DNA of 63,812 bases from Paraspadella gotoi (GCA_051294375.1 CM119265.1:7884629-7948440), one strand, 5' to 3'. Positions 1-12,553 are shown, numbered from the stretch's first letter. Numbers and translations are program-made. Notes: a model not told the origin generated them from the letters alone.

Positions 1-896
1 AGTCAAAATTATAATGAATTTTAAAACTAATGACACCCATAAGAATAAATGAAAATTTAATTCTTTTTAATGATTCTGAAACAAAAAAGGCTAAATTGTA
101 CTCTAGTAAAACTTTAAAGTTTTTTGGATAAAGAAAATGTGAATTTTTTGTCACTTAAAATTTGCTTGTCTGATTTTACAAGCATGCTTACAAAATTCTA
201 CAAAATATTATTTACCCATCACAGCCTAAGTATTTATCCTTCTTTTCCACCAGCAAAAAGTAAACATTATCTTATTGAAGAGAACAGGATGTTTACTGAA
301 AGGAGCGGAAGACATTCAACTTCTTCACTTTGATGTTATTTTTCAATATAAAAATAAGCGATTTTTTTAATTATTTAACTCTCACAGGCTTTCATAAGAT
401 ATTACACTTTCATAATATCCCAATGTTAATGTAATTTATTATATTTTTTACCCAGAAATCATAAAATAACAGAAAGTTGTGGATTCCCTTCGTTCGTTTA
501 AGAAAAAAAAATTAAACTAGCGGAATTATAAGTTTGTAAGAGGAAGTCAGAATCGGCGAGAATCTTAAAAGGCGAGAATGTTGAAAAAAGGGAGAGGAAT
601 TTTGGTTGTTTTTGGTCGATTTTTTCTAACCCATGGGCCAATTTTAAACGTAACTTAAGATTTACATTATTCCAGTCATCTTCTATCCAAAAATATAAAA
701 ATATTATGAAAAAAGGTTTGGGATCGATATAGGAATTGGTTCTACATTATCATTTTATTTTAAATTGTGATTTTTTAAAATATTCAAAATCATGCGATGG
801 CATGGACAAGAAAAGAAAAATGTTTTGTGTGAACGCTCGTGTGAGTCAAGATGTGAGATGGTGAATGAGCGATGCCTTTCAGCGAAACAAGGGGAG

Positions 897-964
<68 letters not shown>

Positions 965-1099
965 AGAGAGAAGAGAGAGAGAGAGAGAGAAAAGAAAAGA
1001 AAAAAAAGAAAGAAAAAAAAATAGAAAAGAAAGAAAAAGGATTCCGTTTATTATTATGAAGATCTTTTGAATGATATTGTGATAGTGAGTCCGTTCCAC

Positions 1100-1257
1100 C
1101 TTGGCAAGGGGCAGTCGCAATGAAAATGGACTTCAAGAACAAAAACGGGAATTTTTGACCACAAATCGTTGATAGAAAATGAAGCCTGTTTCTCGCGATG
1201 GCGGTGGTTACTGTCGAAGCCGGAATCTCGATTCGGCCGAGAGACAGAGACAGAGAC

Positions 1258-1306
<49 letters not shown>

Positions 1307-4300
1307 CCAAAACCGGATATTCTACTGACCGCGGGCGAGATAATAGGGTCCAGCTTTCTTCAAGTTGTTAACAATGGATAAAAAAATCTATCGAATCGTA
1401 AAGATCGATAATTCGAGATGAATAAGAATATTTCTCATTTGTATTATGTGATTAATTTTTACATTCTAAACTTGTCCCCGTTTCTATCCATCAAATAATG
1501 ATTCCCTTTGGAAGTCTTTGTTATCATTCATCTCGACATCGTGACCCAATTTTTTCAGATGGCGTGACGTCAACGGGGTTTACGTCGAGGTCTGCTACAT
1601 ATGGACCTCGTGGCGTCACCGTTTGGTCACGTGGTTCCTCGATCGATCGAGGCGTCGAAAGAAACAGATGAAATTGGCGACTTTTGTTGTTGTTGTTGTT
1701 GTGGAAGAGGAAGAGGAAAGATCCCCATTGTTTTGATCTTTTTGTGTCTTTTGTTCTCTATCGACGTCGAAATTCGAGGTCAGGAACTCATGACCCAAAA
1801 AATCCGACAAAAATCGTTTGTCGGTCAACACAAAAACCACCTCAACGTGGACTTCGCTCCCNNNNNNNNNNNNNNNNNNNNNNNNNNNNNNNNNNNNNNN
1901 NNNNNNNNNNNNNNNNNNNNNNNNNNNNNNNNNNNNNNNNNNNNNNNNNNNNNNNNNNNNNNNNNNNNNNNNNNNNNNNNNNNNNNNNNNNNNNNNNNNN
2001 NNATATTACTTCTTTAAATCTTTAGGTGTAATTTTAAAAACGGTTGTATATCTATTATTATGCGATTTTATTCGAATAACAACGGGTTGATCGTAACAAT
2101 CATCATCCAACAAACAAAACAAACAAAGACAATGAGACTAAGTCTAAGCAAAAAATAAAATACGAGGAAGAAAAAAAACAAGTTAATTTAAATAAAATTA
2201 TTAATTAAAATGTTTAAACAATTAAAATTGTTCTATGTTGTAAAAATGAACAAGTTTCTGAAGAACCGTATTTTTCATTGTATATATCTTTTGGAGATAA
2301 AGGTTTTGCTTACGATTATAAAAATTGTAGAGTAGGTCGTGTATCCAAACATACTCCTAAGTTCTCTCACACTTTCCCATCGATTATATTCCAAAAATCT
2401 TTCGTACACCACATTTACAGCAACATTAAGTCTTCATATTACGTACAGAAAAAGTTTTTACTTCAACAACCATAAAGGAGAACCGGAACACAGTTAGTAT
2501 AATACAATTTCATCAATAATTCCTCTGAAGGTTTTTAACAAGGCATTTATCAAACAGTTACTTGATTTAAAAAAAAGATACCAATTCTTTGCTTGGCTCA
2601 AACAGCTGTCTCTTTCACTACTAAGGTTGAACGCTGAGATATGTCCATTTATCCAACTAGATCGATACTAGTACCATCGAGAAAAAGTATAATATATAAT
2701 ATATGTATAGTATATACTATGATATAATATATATATATATATGTGTATATATATAAATATTGGTAAATCTTATATATTGGATTCTCGTAGCGGTGTAGAT
2801 GGTACAGTTGACGAATACGGACGACGACGACGACGTAACGACGGACGACGACGACTGTACGACGACGACGACGACGAGCGACGACCGTCGACGACGCAAG
2901 ACGAGATTCGAAGCGACACAGTCTCCGAGCCTCTCGCGGGATGCGTGAGATGCCGAGAATCGAGATGAGGCAACCGTTTCCATGAAAACGCGAGAGAAAC
3001 CCTTTCCACGATCCTTCTGTCCACCAAACGAAGTTCCTGGTCAAACCGGTAAACAATTCCCTTTGCCCTGAATTTTCTAAAGCTATGGCGCCGTGAGATT
3101 GGGTGAATGACAATGGCACGGACGACGACGAGACGACACATCGACAAGTCCGAAAGCCAAGGCGATTATCGGCGAAGAATCCCCAAGACGAATTATGTCA
3201 GCATGGGGAAACCTAACGTTTTCTAGATGACGATGAATGACGACGATTACGAATCAACGGGTCAAAAATCAATGACCCAGTTTTCGTTGGGGGATTTCTC
3301 ATTCAAGGTTGGAGGACCAAACAGGTTTGGGGAAGAATGTAGGGGAGGGGGGAGAGAGAGGGGGTGGTAAGGGAAACCGTTGAATCTCATCCGATGGTGA
3401 AAAAGATTTTGACCTTCGGGTGAAAGCGGGGATTTTGAGAAAGGGAAAATCTCGTGGATAACAATAATTATAACATGTTACTAGATTGATTTTAATGGAA
3501 TCCGTTTAATTTTTTACATTGAGATTGAGAGACGAGAAATTCAGTTTGACTTTGACTTTGAGAACAATAAAAGATATCAGCCGCATAAGAAAGTTTAGAA
3601 CGGTTAAAACCCAAGAGTATTTCTTCGTTTAATTTCTAATTCCCATCAGCAGGAAAAAAAAAACAAATACCACAACAAAAATAATTTTGAACATAAATTA
3701 GACTTTTTCCTCCCGAAATCAAAGTCTGTTTCTCGCATGCGTGCCCACCCCCACGCGAATCCGGCGCCGCCTGCTTCCAACCGCGGCGCCAACATTTGCC
3801 TCCGTGATCGACTTCCGGTTGTCGAATCCGAGATACCAAGCCTCCGCGTCGCCGGACGCCCCGCCCGACGTCGCAGCGCCGTCCACGATGTCTGGAAAGG
3901 ACGAAGTGGAGCTGTTAACGTCGGATGACGAGAAAAGCTTTTTTTCGAATTTAAAAAAAAAATTGCTGTTACAATAAATACTATAAATCATGTGCAAGCC
4001 GATTTGAATGGATTTTCACTGTACAGACCAGGTTTATTCCAAAAACTTTCCGACGGCCGCAAGTGAAGCATGCAGTGCGTCGTGCCGCAACTTCGAAGGT
4101 TTCGCCTCTCCGCATCTAAAAGATTTAAAAGAACATAAATTAAGGCGGTGCTCGGCCAATGGCCAATGGCCAATCAAACGAAGAAAATGAACATTATATA
4201 TCTACATACTTTCTTTCACTATCTCACCAACTGTCCCCCCCCCAGAGAAGAATAAAGAATACCAATGCTTTGCTTGGGCTCACACCACTGTCTCTTCCCA

Positions 4301-6147
4301 CTAGCTAGGATGGCTGGAACATCCACGAGGCATGCGCATATTTAGACTTATAAATATGTATACAGGTTACTCATCCATGAGAAAAAGTATAATATATAAT
4401 ATATGTATATATATACTTTGATATTAATATATATATATATATGTGTATATTATAAATATTGTGTAAATCTTGAATTATTTGGATTCTCTGTAGCGGGATG
4501 TAGATGGTACAGTTTGACGATACGACGAGACGCGACGGTAACGACGACGACGACGAATGTACGGACGACGACGACGACGAGCGACGACCGTGCGACGACA
4601 GCAAGACGAGATTCGAAGCGACACAGTCTCCTGACCTGCTCGCGAGGAAGTCGGTGAAGATGCTACGGAGAATCGAGGATGAGGCAACCGGTTTCGTGAA
4701 AAGCCGAAGAAACCTTTCCACGATTCTGTCTGTCCGCCAACCGAGTTCTTGGTCAACCGGCATAAACAATTCCCTTTGCAGAGAGAGTTTTCTAAAGCTA
4801 TGGCGCCGAGTGAGATTGGGTGAATGACAATGGACGACGCGTACGTGACGACTGAGAACGACACACTCGACAAGTCCGAAGGACCAAGGCTCGATATCGG
4901 CGTAGAATCCCCAAGACGAAATTTGTCAGCATGGGAGGAAACCTAAACAGTTTTCTAGATGACGATGAATGACGACGATTACGAATCAACGGGTCAAAAA
5001 TCATGACCCAGTTTTCGTTGGGGGATTTCTCATTAAGGTTTGGAGGACAAACAGGTTTGGGGAAGAATGTAGGGGGAGGGGGGAGAGAGAGGGGGTGGGT
5101 AAGGGAAACCGGTTGAATCTCCATCCGATGGTGAAAAGATTTTGACTTCGGTGAAAGCGGGGATTTTGAGAAAAGGGAGAAATCTCGTGATATCAATACA
5201 TTATAACATGTTCTAGATTATTTTATGGAATCCGTTTAATTTTTGTACATTGAGATGAGAGACGAGAAATTCAGTTTGACTTTGACTTTGAGAAACAATA
5301 AAAAAGTATATCAAGCCGCATAGGAAAGTTTAGAACGGTTAAAACCACAGAGTATTTCTTCGTTTAATTTCTAATTCCCATAGCAGGAAAAAAAAAACAA
5401 ATACCACAGCAAAATAATTTTGAAATAAATTAGACTTTTCCTCCCGAATCAAAGTTCTGTTTCCGCATGCGTGCCCCACCCCCACGTCCGAGCGCCGCTG
5501 CTTCCAACCGCGGGCGCCAACATTTCCTCCGTGATCGACTTCCGGTTGTAGAAATCCGAGATACCAAGCTCCGCGTCGCCGGACGCCGCCCGACGTCGCA
5601 AGCGCCGTCCACGATGTCTGGAAAGGACAACGTGGATGCTGGTTAAACGAATGAGGATGAAGAGAAAAGCTTTTTTATTCGAATGTTAAAAAAAAAGAAT
5701 TGGTCTAGTTACAATAAAAATAGCTAATAAATCATGATGCAAGGCCGATTTGAATGGATTTTCAGCTGTACAGACCGAGGTTTAATTCCAAAAACTTTCC
5801 AGTACGGCACCCAAGTGAAGCAATTGGCGTGGCGTCGTGCCGGGCAACTTCAGAGTGTTTCGCCTCTCTCTCGCCATCTAAAGAATTTAAAGAAACAGTA
5901 AAGTTAAGGCGGCGTGCTGCAGGCCAATGGCCAATGGCGCATGCAAAGAGAAGAAAACTGAAACATTATTATATGTACTAGCTATTCTTTCACTATCTCA
6001 CGCAACTGTCCCCCCGCCCGCTTCCGCCCTCTGATTTCTCTCGCGCCTCCTTTCGCGGTAAATCGATTTCATTCCGCCGCAAGATGGAAGGCAACTCTTC
6101 CGTCGTCGCCTCCCACGTTTGAAGTGACGCGAACATTTTGGACAAGC
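1100..6147 (-). CDS. Divergent integrin beta-like gene (multi-exon; indel-rich assembly, exon boundaries approximate)
   Basis: Minus-strand exons give motifs in integrin-beta order. PSI-like ACPKC..SCLPSC and GDSC|DAERRNLRSC (6147-6001 plus 4115-4029). Hybrid LHLRPSESF (cf. LRLRPDDSKNF). WYLGFDNRKSITE (cf. YYLMDLSYSMKD) and RIRVGVGT (cf. LRIGFGAF) at 3891-~3730. YRFDQELRLVD (cf. FAFRHVLKLTN) and FMETVASSRFS (cf. FQTEVGKQLIS) at 3222-~2880. RELRSMFGYTTYSTI at ~2430-2314. GSEVHVEVVF (cf. GDEVQFEISI) at 1861-. SFSINDLWSKIPVFVLEVHFHCDCP (cf. [24 protein letters not shown]) at ~1190-1108. Several GT-AG junctions fit the phase; some frameshifts must be assumed. Comparisons from memory. Confidence 0.65.
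3719..3891 (-). CDS. Exon of integrin beta-like gene carrying the degenerate MIDAS segment (DIVDG...EAWYLGFDNRKSITE...RIRVGVGTHA)
   Basis: Acceptor tcctttccag; open frame is part of track ORF 3719..3997. The 3' boundary is unresolved. Confidence 0.6.
4029..4115 (-). CDS. Exon of integrin beta-like gene (end of PSI, start of hybrid domain): DAERRNLRSCGTTHCMLHLRPSESFWNKP
   Basis: ttttag acceptor at 4116, GT donor at 4028, 87 nt phase 1-1. Joins in frame to the next exon at 3891 (tcctttccag acceptor). Confidence 0.65.
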
Positions 6148-6172
6148 NNNNNNNNNNNNNNNNNNNNNNNNN

Positions 6173-7049
6173 CTCCGTCGTCGTCGTCGTCATTTTCCTC
6201 TTCGTCGTCGGCGTCGGACTCGGCGTATCGCTTGTTGTTGTTGTTGTCGTTGTCGACGATCTCTCTCTGACGACGCCGTCTTTTCCTTTTCTTTCTTCCT
6301 TCCTCCTTTGGCTCCCACCACGAATCCTCGCAATCCCTCGAATCAACCGCGGGCCGTCCGAAGGCTTTCACGTCGATTAGGTCGTCGAGAGGGCGTTGGC
6401 CGCTGTTGCTGCAGCCGCCGCCGCCGCCTTCTCTTAGTCTAATCCGATCGGTAGGTTGAAGGTAAGAATCGAAAGAGGCGTTTGTTTCTCCTTGCGGCGC
6501 CACGAATGATTGGCAAGAGTGAGGGTAAGTGTAAGGAGGGTAACCGCAGCTGCTAGTATCCTGGTAGCAGCCTGGGTAGTAAGAAGGATAGTTTAAGGGA
6601 TAGCCGCCGCCAGGATATCCAGGATATCCGTCACCGTAACCCGCGCCGTAGCCCGTTGGGTAAGTCCCCGCCCACCCGCTGCCTCTAGCGCCGGAAGCGT
6701 CGTCAGTCGCCGGACGGTAAGGGAAGACGCGACCCACGTTGCGCGAATCGGAGACGAGGGCCACGGCAATTTTCGGCCGGTGCGTTTCCAGCGAAGACGT
6801 AGGTTGAGGAAGAGGGCGCGGAAGTCGACGCTTGTACGGACGTCTTTGACCGGCGCCGAGAAATGACGGCGATCCGGCCGGCGTGACTATAAATGGGTGA
6901 GAAGCAGGACTCGGGCGTACATCGACGAGGGGTTTGTGGCGTGAGCCGAAGCGAAATTTGTCACGTGAGCCGGAGCGACGTTGTGGTTCGTGGCGTGAGT
7001 AAAGGCGTCGAAAGGAGCGGAGGAAAATCCGTCGAACGAAGGACGAGAA
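6173..7049 (-). CDS. Long open frame (~290 codons): Pro/Arg-rich, then Gly/Tyr/Pro-rich (GYPGYPGGGYP), then basic KKRKRRRR and an acidic tail
   Basis: Track ORF 6069..6764 stays open upstream to a TGA at 7050-7052. GC-rich, non-microsatellite, protein-like composition. Ends in a 25-N gap just before the PSI-like exon. Confidence 0.65.
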
Positions 7050-7098
7050 TCATCGTCGGGCGACGCATTCTATTCTTTTCGAAATTAAGTGAATTTAC

Positions 7099-7183
7099 CC
7101 TTTGAATTTTTTCTGTACAAGAGATGGTTCCGGTCAGTTCTTGGCTACGTATTATTCTACGATGGTAGAAAGACGCGGATTTC
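7099..7183 (-). CDS. Putative small exon (KSASFYHRRIIRSQELTGTISCTEKIQR in phase 0)
   Basis: Branch-point-like CTAAC plus catccag acceptor; AGG|GTAAAT donor. Confidence 0.35.
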
Positions 7184-7379
7184 TGGATGCACGTTAGAAG
7201 TATTATTAGATACATATTGGTATTTTTTGGGAAAATTATCTATTTTTTATAAATTATTTTGACTTCATGATGATTTTTTTCAGATATTTTGAATTAGAGA
7301 TTGGGTTTTACGTATAGGTTTTTTTTTTTTTTTATCATAGTAATTATCATTGGTTGAACTTTGTTTCAGATTTTCGTTG

Positions 7380-7552
7380 CTATTTTGTCTTTTCCTTATT
7401 CGCCGTGCAGTGCTGCTCTTCCGGGTTTCTAAGGAAGTAATGCAAGCTTTCGGTTTTGAAAAGAAGAGTCGCATTCCAAAAGTGAGAAAAAGAGCATCGA
7501 CCATTGGATATGAACAGCGTCCGGAATACGAAAAAATTTCTAAGATCCATGT
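7380..7552 (-). CDS. Possible integrin alpha transmembrane/cytoplasmic-tail exon (indel-corrupted)
   Basis: Minus strand reads TWIL.IFS..G....LFLTF followed by tttggaatgcgactcttcttttcaaaaccgaaag. With a few indels this gives WKCDFFKRK, resembling the alpha WKxGFFKR motif. The call depends on assumed indels. Confidence 0.35.
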
Positions 7553-8096
7553 ATGAAAAATAGGTTATGTTTTATTATTTTGGATCCATATAATAAGTCT
7601 GCACAGCGTACTCATCCTAAATCCTGGTTCAATCATAGTTAATCGATCAACACATGAAATTATTTTATTTGCCTAATTATCGGAACCTCTCATTACACTT
7701 TCTTTTTCGTCAAAATTATCCACTTTTTCGCCCAACCCCTTAGACCTTACCTCCGATACTCACCGCTCCCCCCTCATCTCCTCAAATCCCATATTATTCA
7801 ACCCCGCCTTCGCTGAAGTGGGGGCACGACCGCCCGTTGAGCGCTCCTCCACCCCCCGTCGCCGCCCCCCCTTTAAATCGTTGGATTCGAAGATGAGCGA
7901 AAAAACAATAAAATGCCTTGAGAGAAGAGAGAGGAAAGAGAGGAGAGAAGAGAAGAAAGTGAAAAGAAGAAAAGGAGGGAGGAGAGAAAAAAGAAGAATT
8001 TTTTTTTTTCTTTCTTTGATGCGATGAAAAATCGTTTTTCGGTTTTCTCAGCGGCGCATTTCAGATTTTTTCTAGTTTTTAATCCTTTCTTTCTCT

Positions 8097-8162
<66 letters not shown>

Positions 8163-9589
8163 TCTCTCTCTCTCTCTCACGCATTTTTCCCCCGTTTCCC
8201 TCTCTCGTCCAACTCTTTGTTTTCTAGTTGCTTTGTTTCGGTCCCTCACTTGATTTTGCTCTTTTTAACGTATTTTTTCTCAGATTTGAAATTTTTATTT
8301 CATGTTATATAGATATTTTAATTTATATCCCAATGTTTATAGATCTTTTTTACCTACTTTCTGTCTATCTATCTTTCTTCCTTCATTTTTTTTCGCTCTT
8401 TCTGTCTTACATTTGCTTTCTCTTTCTCTTTCTCTTTCTCTCTCTCCCTCAATATATCATCACGTAACCTCTCATTCGTTCCCGTTCTCACTTAACGACG
8501 GCTTTAAAAAAAAAGGGAAAAAAAAGAAAACTGTACGCCCCCGCGTTTCCCTATAATTAGAATAATAAAAATATAATTTATGCTTTTCTTGATTTGTTGT
8601 GTTATGAAGCGTCAAGCTCGTAATTACCTCGAGAGAAGATTTTTTTTTCTCTTTTCATTTTCTCCTCATCGATTATGAGGAACAATTTTCTTTTCTTTTC
8701 TTCTTTAATTTAACGGTCTTTCTAAATCTTTTTCTTTATATATCTCTCTCTCTCCATTTCCTTTCCTCCATTTTTTTTATTCCCCTCATATTCTCGTCAA
8801 CCTTCCTCCCTTTAATTTTTTTGCGAGTTTTTTTTTTTTCTGACAAAGAATCAGGATCTCTCTCTTTGCCCGTAATCCCGTCCCATTTTCGACCCGCGAC
8901 GCTAAACCTCGACTTCGTAACGTTTCGTAATGTGAATCGGTCGGAGGCGCCTCAATACTAATATATTCGCCTTTATAGTTATTATTCCCGATGACTTTAT
9001 AATCCAATTTTGTTCAATTAGCTTCTTTTTTCTCCTTTTTCCTTGGCTAAAGGTTTATAAACATTGTATTCTAATTGGTAGTATTTGAGATAATCTCATT
9101 TTACAACTATCTTTCACCCCTCCCCTTATTTTAATTCTAACTCGGCAACTTCAAAACACAAACCGATTTCCATCTCACTCCAGTTTCTCTCACATATTTT
9201 AATACTTCTCACTATAAATACTTTCATTTTACTATCTACGCATCACATTCAATTCACATCAACCCCGCCCGCCCCCCACCTCCTCCTTCCTTCTCCCAAA
9301 CTTTCATACTTCACGGGTTTTCAATGCCAGAGCCTCGTGATTTTTAAGGGGGAGATCCTTCCTCGACTTTTCCTACCGAACGGCGGAAGTGAAAAATGAA
9401 CGTTGATTTACGTGCATTTGAAGCGCCGATCCGTCGGCGCTCTACCGGCGTTCACGCAGCGACCCTCGCGTGCGAGCCCGAAAGCAGAAAATCTGTTGCA
9501 CGCGTCGTTCGCCCGCCCTTCAAAGGCCTCGCGCGCGCGCCAGAGAACGGGCGTTTCTTTAAAAAAAAAAATAGTCGCGCCCGCCCTCC

Positions 9590-9680
<91 letters not shown>

Positions 9681-10621
9681 GAGAGAGAGAAAGAGAGAGA
9701 GGAGCGAGAGCGGAGAGCGAGAGCGCAAAAGGTTTTTGACGTCTTCATGGCGGATGTAAATCTCCATTAGCATCGGAATAACATCACCGAAAAACCCTCT
9801 TTTCTTTTTACATCTCTCTCTCTCTCTCTCTCTACTTCTCGACTTTCTTCTTTTTTCTTTCTCTCCTTCTTCAAACCTCTCTCTCCTTCTCTCCTTCTTT
9901 AAATATCTCTTCTCTCCTTCTTCCCGCTTTTTTTTCTCATTCATTATTTCCTCCCTTATTTTCTTCGGGGTCGCTTTCTTCTTCTCTTTAGGCACTCCTT
10001 AGATTTGCGACGCGCCGCTCCCTCTCGCCCGCCCCCTCTTCCGCCACGCCCTCTTTTAACTCTTCCCCAGAGGGCGTTTTCGCGTCGTCCTTCCTGTTGC
10101 GTCTTCGTTTCCATGGCGACTTCTGTCTCGCGACAAAAGTTGCTCACTTTCTTCTTTTTCGCCGATTGGTTTATTGCCGAATTGAAAGCGACTCGGCGCC
10201 TAGACCCTCTGGGGGAAATGTATAATAAATGCAGTCAAAAAGATTTAAAAGCCAGACACGTTTATATATATTTGGTTTTAACTACAAATTTTCGTCAGAA
10301 TATAGAATTTGATACGTCGGTAATTTCTAATAGATTAAACTTAAGTTAAGCGTAGAACTTTATTTTTTAAATACGTACAAGAAAGAAATTAAAATAACCA
10401 AACTCAGTCCCTTTCTTTTTACCCGAGTAAGCAGTTTCTTTCCCATATTGCATCTCCTTCGCCCAGTTGCACCTCCTTCGCATTCGAGATGCATTTTTGA
10501 AAAGCTGCATCTACCGAACTCACGTTTTTCGCGAGAAGCGATAAATTCAGTCGCGGCTCTAATGCGCGGGACGCGTACTCGTTATGAGGTCGGAAAGAAA
10601 TTGCGATGATATATAATCTCA

Positions 10622-10742
<121 letters not shown>

Positions 10743-11519
10743 TCTGACAAATTGCTAAAAATTCCCCGTAAGAAATTACCGCCTTTGAAAGTTTGATGGA
10801 AACTCCCTTCCTCTCTCCCAAAGTTTTTTCGTCCGCAACTCGACGATGCCTTCCTTTCCCCCCCCTCTCTTCATTCCCCTCCTCACCTCTCTTCTCCTTT
10901 TCTCTCCTCCTTTCTTTCCTTTTCCTTTTCTTTCTTTTCCTCCCCTTTTCATCTCTTTTCGAACAGCAACTTGCTGGAAAGAAGAAAAAAAAAANNNNNN
11001 NNNNNNNNNNNNNNNNNNNNNNNNNNNNNNNNNNNNNNNNNNNNNNNNNNNNNNNNNNNNNNNNNNNNNNNNNNNNNNNNNNNNNNNNNNNNNNTTTTTT
11101 TTCAAAAGCGGCCGAGGCTGTTGCGTTTTTAAGGTAGCAGCGGCGGCAGCGTCTGCGCCGTCAGCGGCCGTCGCTGCTCCAGCGGCGGCTGCGGCGGCAA
11201 CGCCCCCTAATCTTTTTCCCTCCGCCGATTGGTTGTTTACCTTCGTAAAGAAAAAATCCTCCTCGCCTCGTTTCCCTTTATGACCGAAGAAGACGCGATT
11301 TTCCTTTCATCGCGAAACTTTTACCCTTTCGAAGGTCAATTTCAGGAGACGGGGGGGGGNNNNNNNNNNNNNNNNNNNNACGACGACGACGACGACGAAG
11401 ACGACGAGTAATGAATTCGACATCCAGTTTTACGACTAGGATGATTGAGAGGACAAGGAAGATTCCCAACAAGTAGATTTAATCTCATGTTTGAACGAAC
11501 ATTGTTTTTTTTTTTAAAA

Positions 11520-12553
11520 CAAAGAAAAACAGCAACAAAGAGACAACGAACGACATAAACAAAGAGAGCGACCTCTATAAAAATTTGACAAAAGACGGGA
11601 ATGAGACGATGACGATGACGAAACGGAAATAAAGATTTCAATGGGGACGAAGATGAGACGACATTAGGCGACGACGACGATGACGACGACGACGACGTTC
11701 GGACAATTTGCGCGGAAACGAAAAAACGTAGTGGCGGACATCGACGAAATTAAAGGCGACGACCCGACGACTATGACGATGATGATGACGACGGCGGACG
11801 ATAGCAACGATGGCGATGTCGACGAAATTAAAGGCAACTGACGTTATGAGCATGACCGACGACGATGAGACGGCGTACGATTTGGCGACAATGGCGATGT
11901 CGACGAAATTAAAGGTCGATGAAGATTTTGATGATTGATGACTTGACGATGACGACGGCGACGATAGCAACGATGGCGATGTCGACGAAAATTAAAGGCG
12001 AGCGACGATGCGATAACGACGATGATGATGACGACGACGGCGATGTCCGAAGAAATTAAAGGGCGACAACGACGAAATGACGACGACGGATGACGACGGC
12101 GACGATGGCGATGTCGAGAAAATTAAAGGCGACGAACGACGACGATGAAGAATCGGCGACGATGGCGATGTCGACGAAATTAAAGGCGACCGACGATGGC
12201 GAAGAAAACTGATGAAGATGACGAACGAAGATGACTGACATCGACGATTGACAAAAATCGATGTCAAAGAAAGAAAGAAAATAAAGATATTGACCAATGA
12301 TCGATCTTACAAGGCGACGATCGTCCGCAAGAGAAAACTGCGTCTTTTGTGTTCGAATTCTTCGCAGTCATCACCGATTTCGTCGTCGTCGTCGTCGTCG
12401 TCGTCGNNNNNNNNNNNNNNNNNNNNNNNNNCCGTCAAATGCCCTCCCCCGCGACAGCGTGCACTCCTGACTAACAACAAACTACGCACACCATCGATGG
12501 AGAACGACGACGACGACTACGACGACGACGACGCTCAGATGAGGCGATTTTGA
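11520..12553 (+). CDS. Putative Asp-rich repeat exon (DDGDVDEIKGDD repeats), frameshifted by noisy sequence
   Basis: Reads NGDEDETTLGDDDDDDDDDVRTICAETKNVVADIDEIKGDD, then repeated gacgatggcgatgtcgacgaaattaaaggc, ending in track ORF 12248..12553 (basic, Ser-rich, then acidic; TGA stop). Confidence 0.45.
11740..12200 (+). repeat. Imperfect tandem array of ~7 copies of core GATGTCGACGAAATTAAAGGC separated by GAC/GAT-rich linkers
   Basis: Core seen at ~11741, 11816, 11896, 11978, 12042, 12110 and 12168. Confidence 0.9.

Larger units (their letters stand above)
2580..6010. repeat. ~1.7-kb direct tandem duplication (2580-4243 and 4260-6010), copies differing mostly by single-base indels; probable gap-fill artefact
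   Basis: Colinear match throughout; the second copy is insertion-rich. Confidence 0.9.

Noticed and set aside
3700-7010. FGF-like reading (RRLYSR, C..E..WN, WYLGFD, basic loop)
   Set aside because: Motif spacing is incompatible with a compact beta-trefoil, and many more ordered motifs fit integrin beta.
7350-7556. Plus-strand GYEQRPEYEKI resembling a CK1/TTBK kinase C-lobe motif
   Set aside because: No other kinase motifs nearby, and the minus-strand interpretation fits the context better.
11740-12200. Repeat-spacer pattern resembling a CRISPR array
   Set aside because: Spacers are low-complexity GAC/GAT runs of variable length, there are no cas genes, and the context is eukaryotic.
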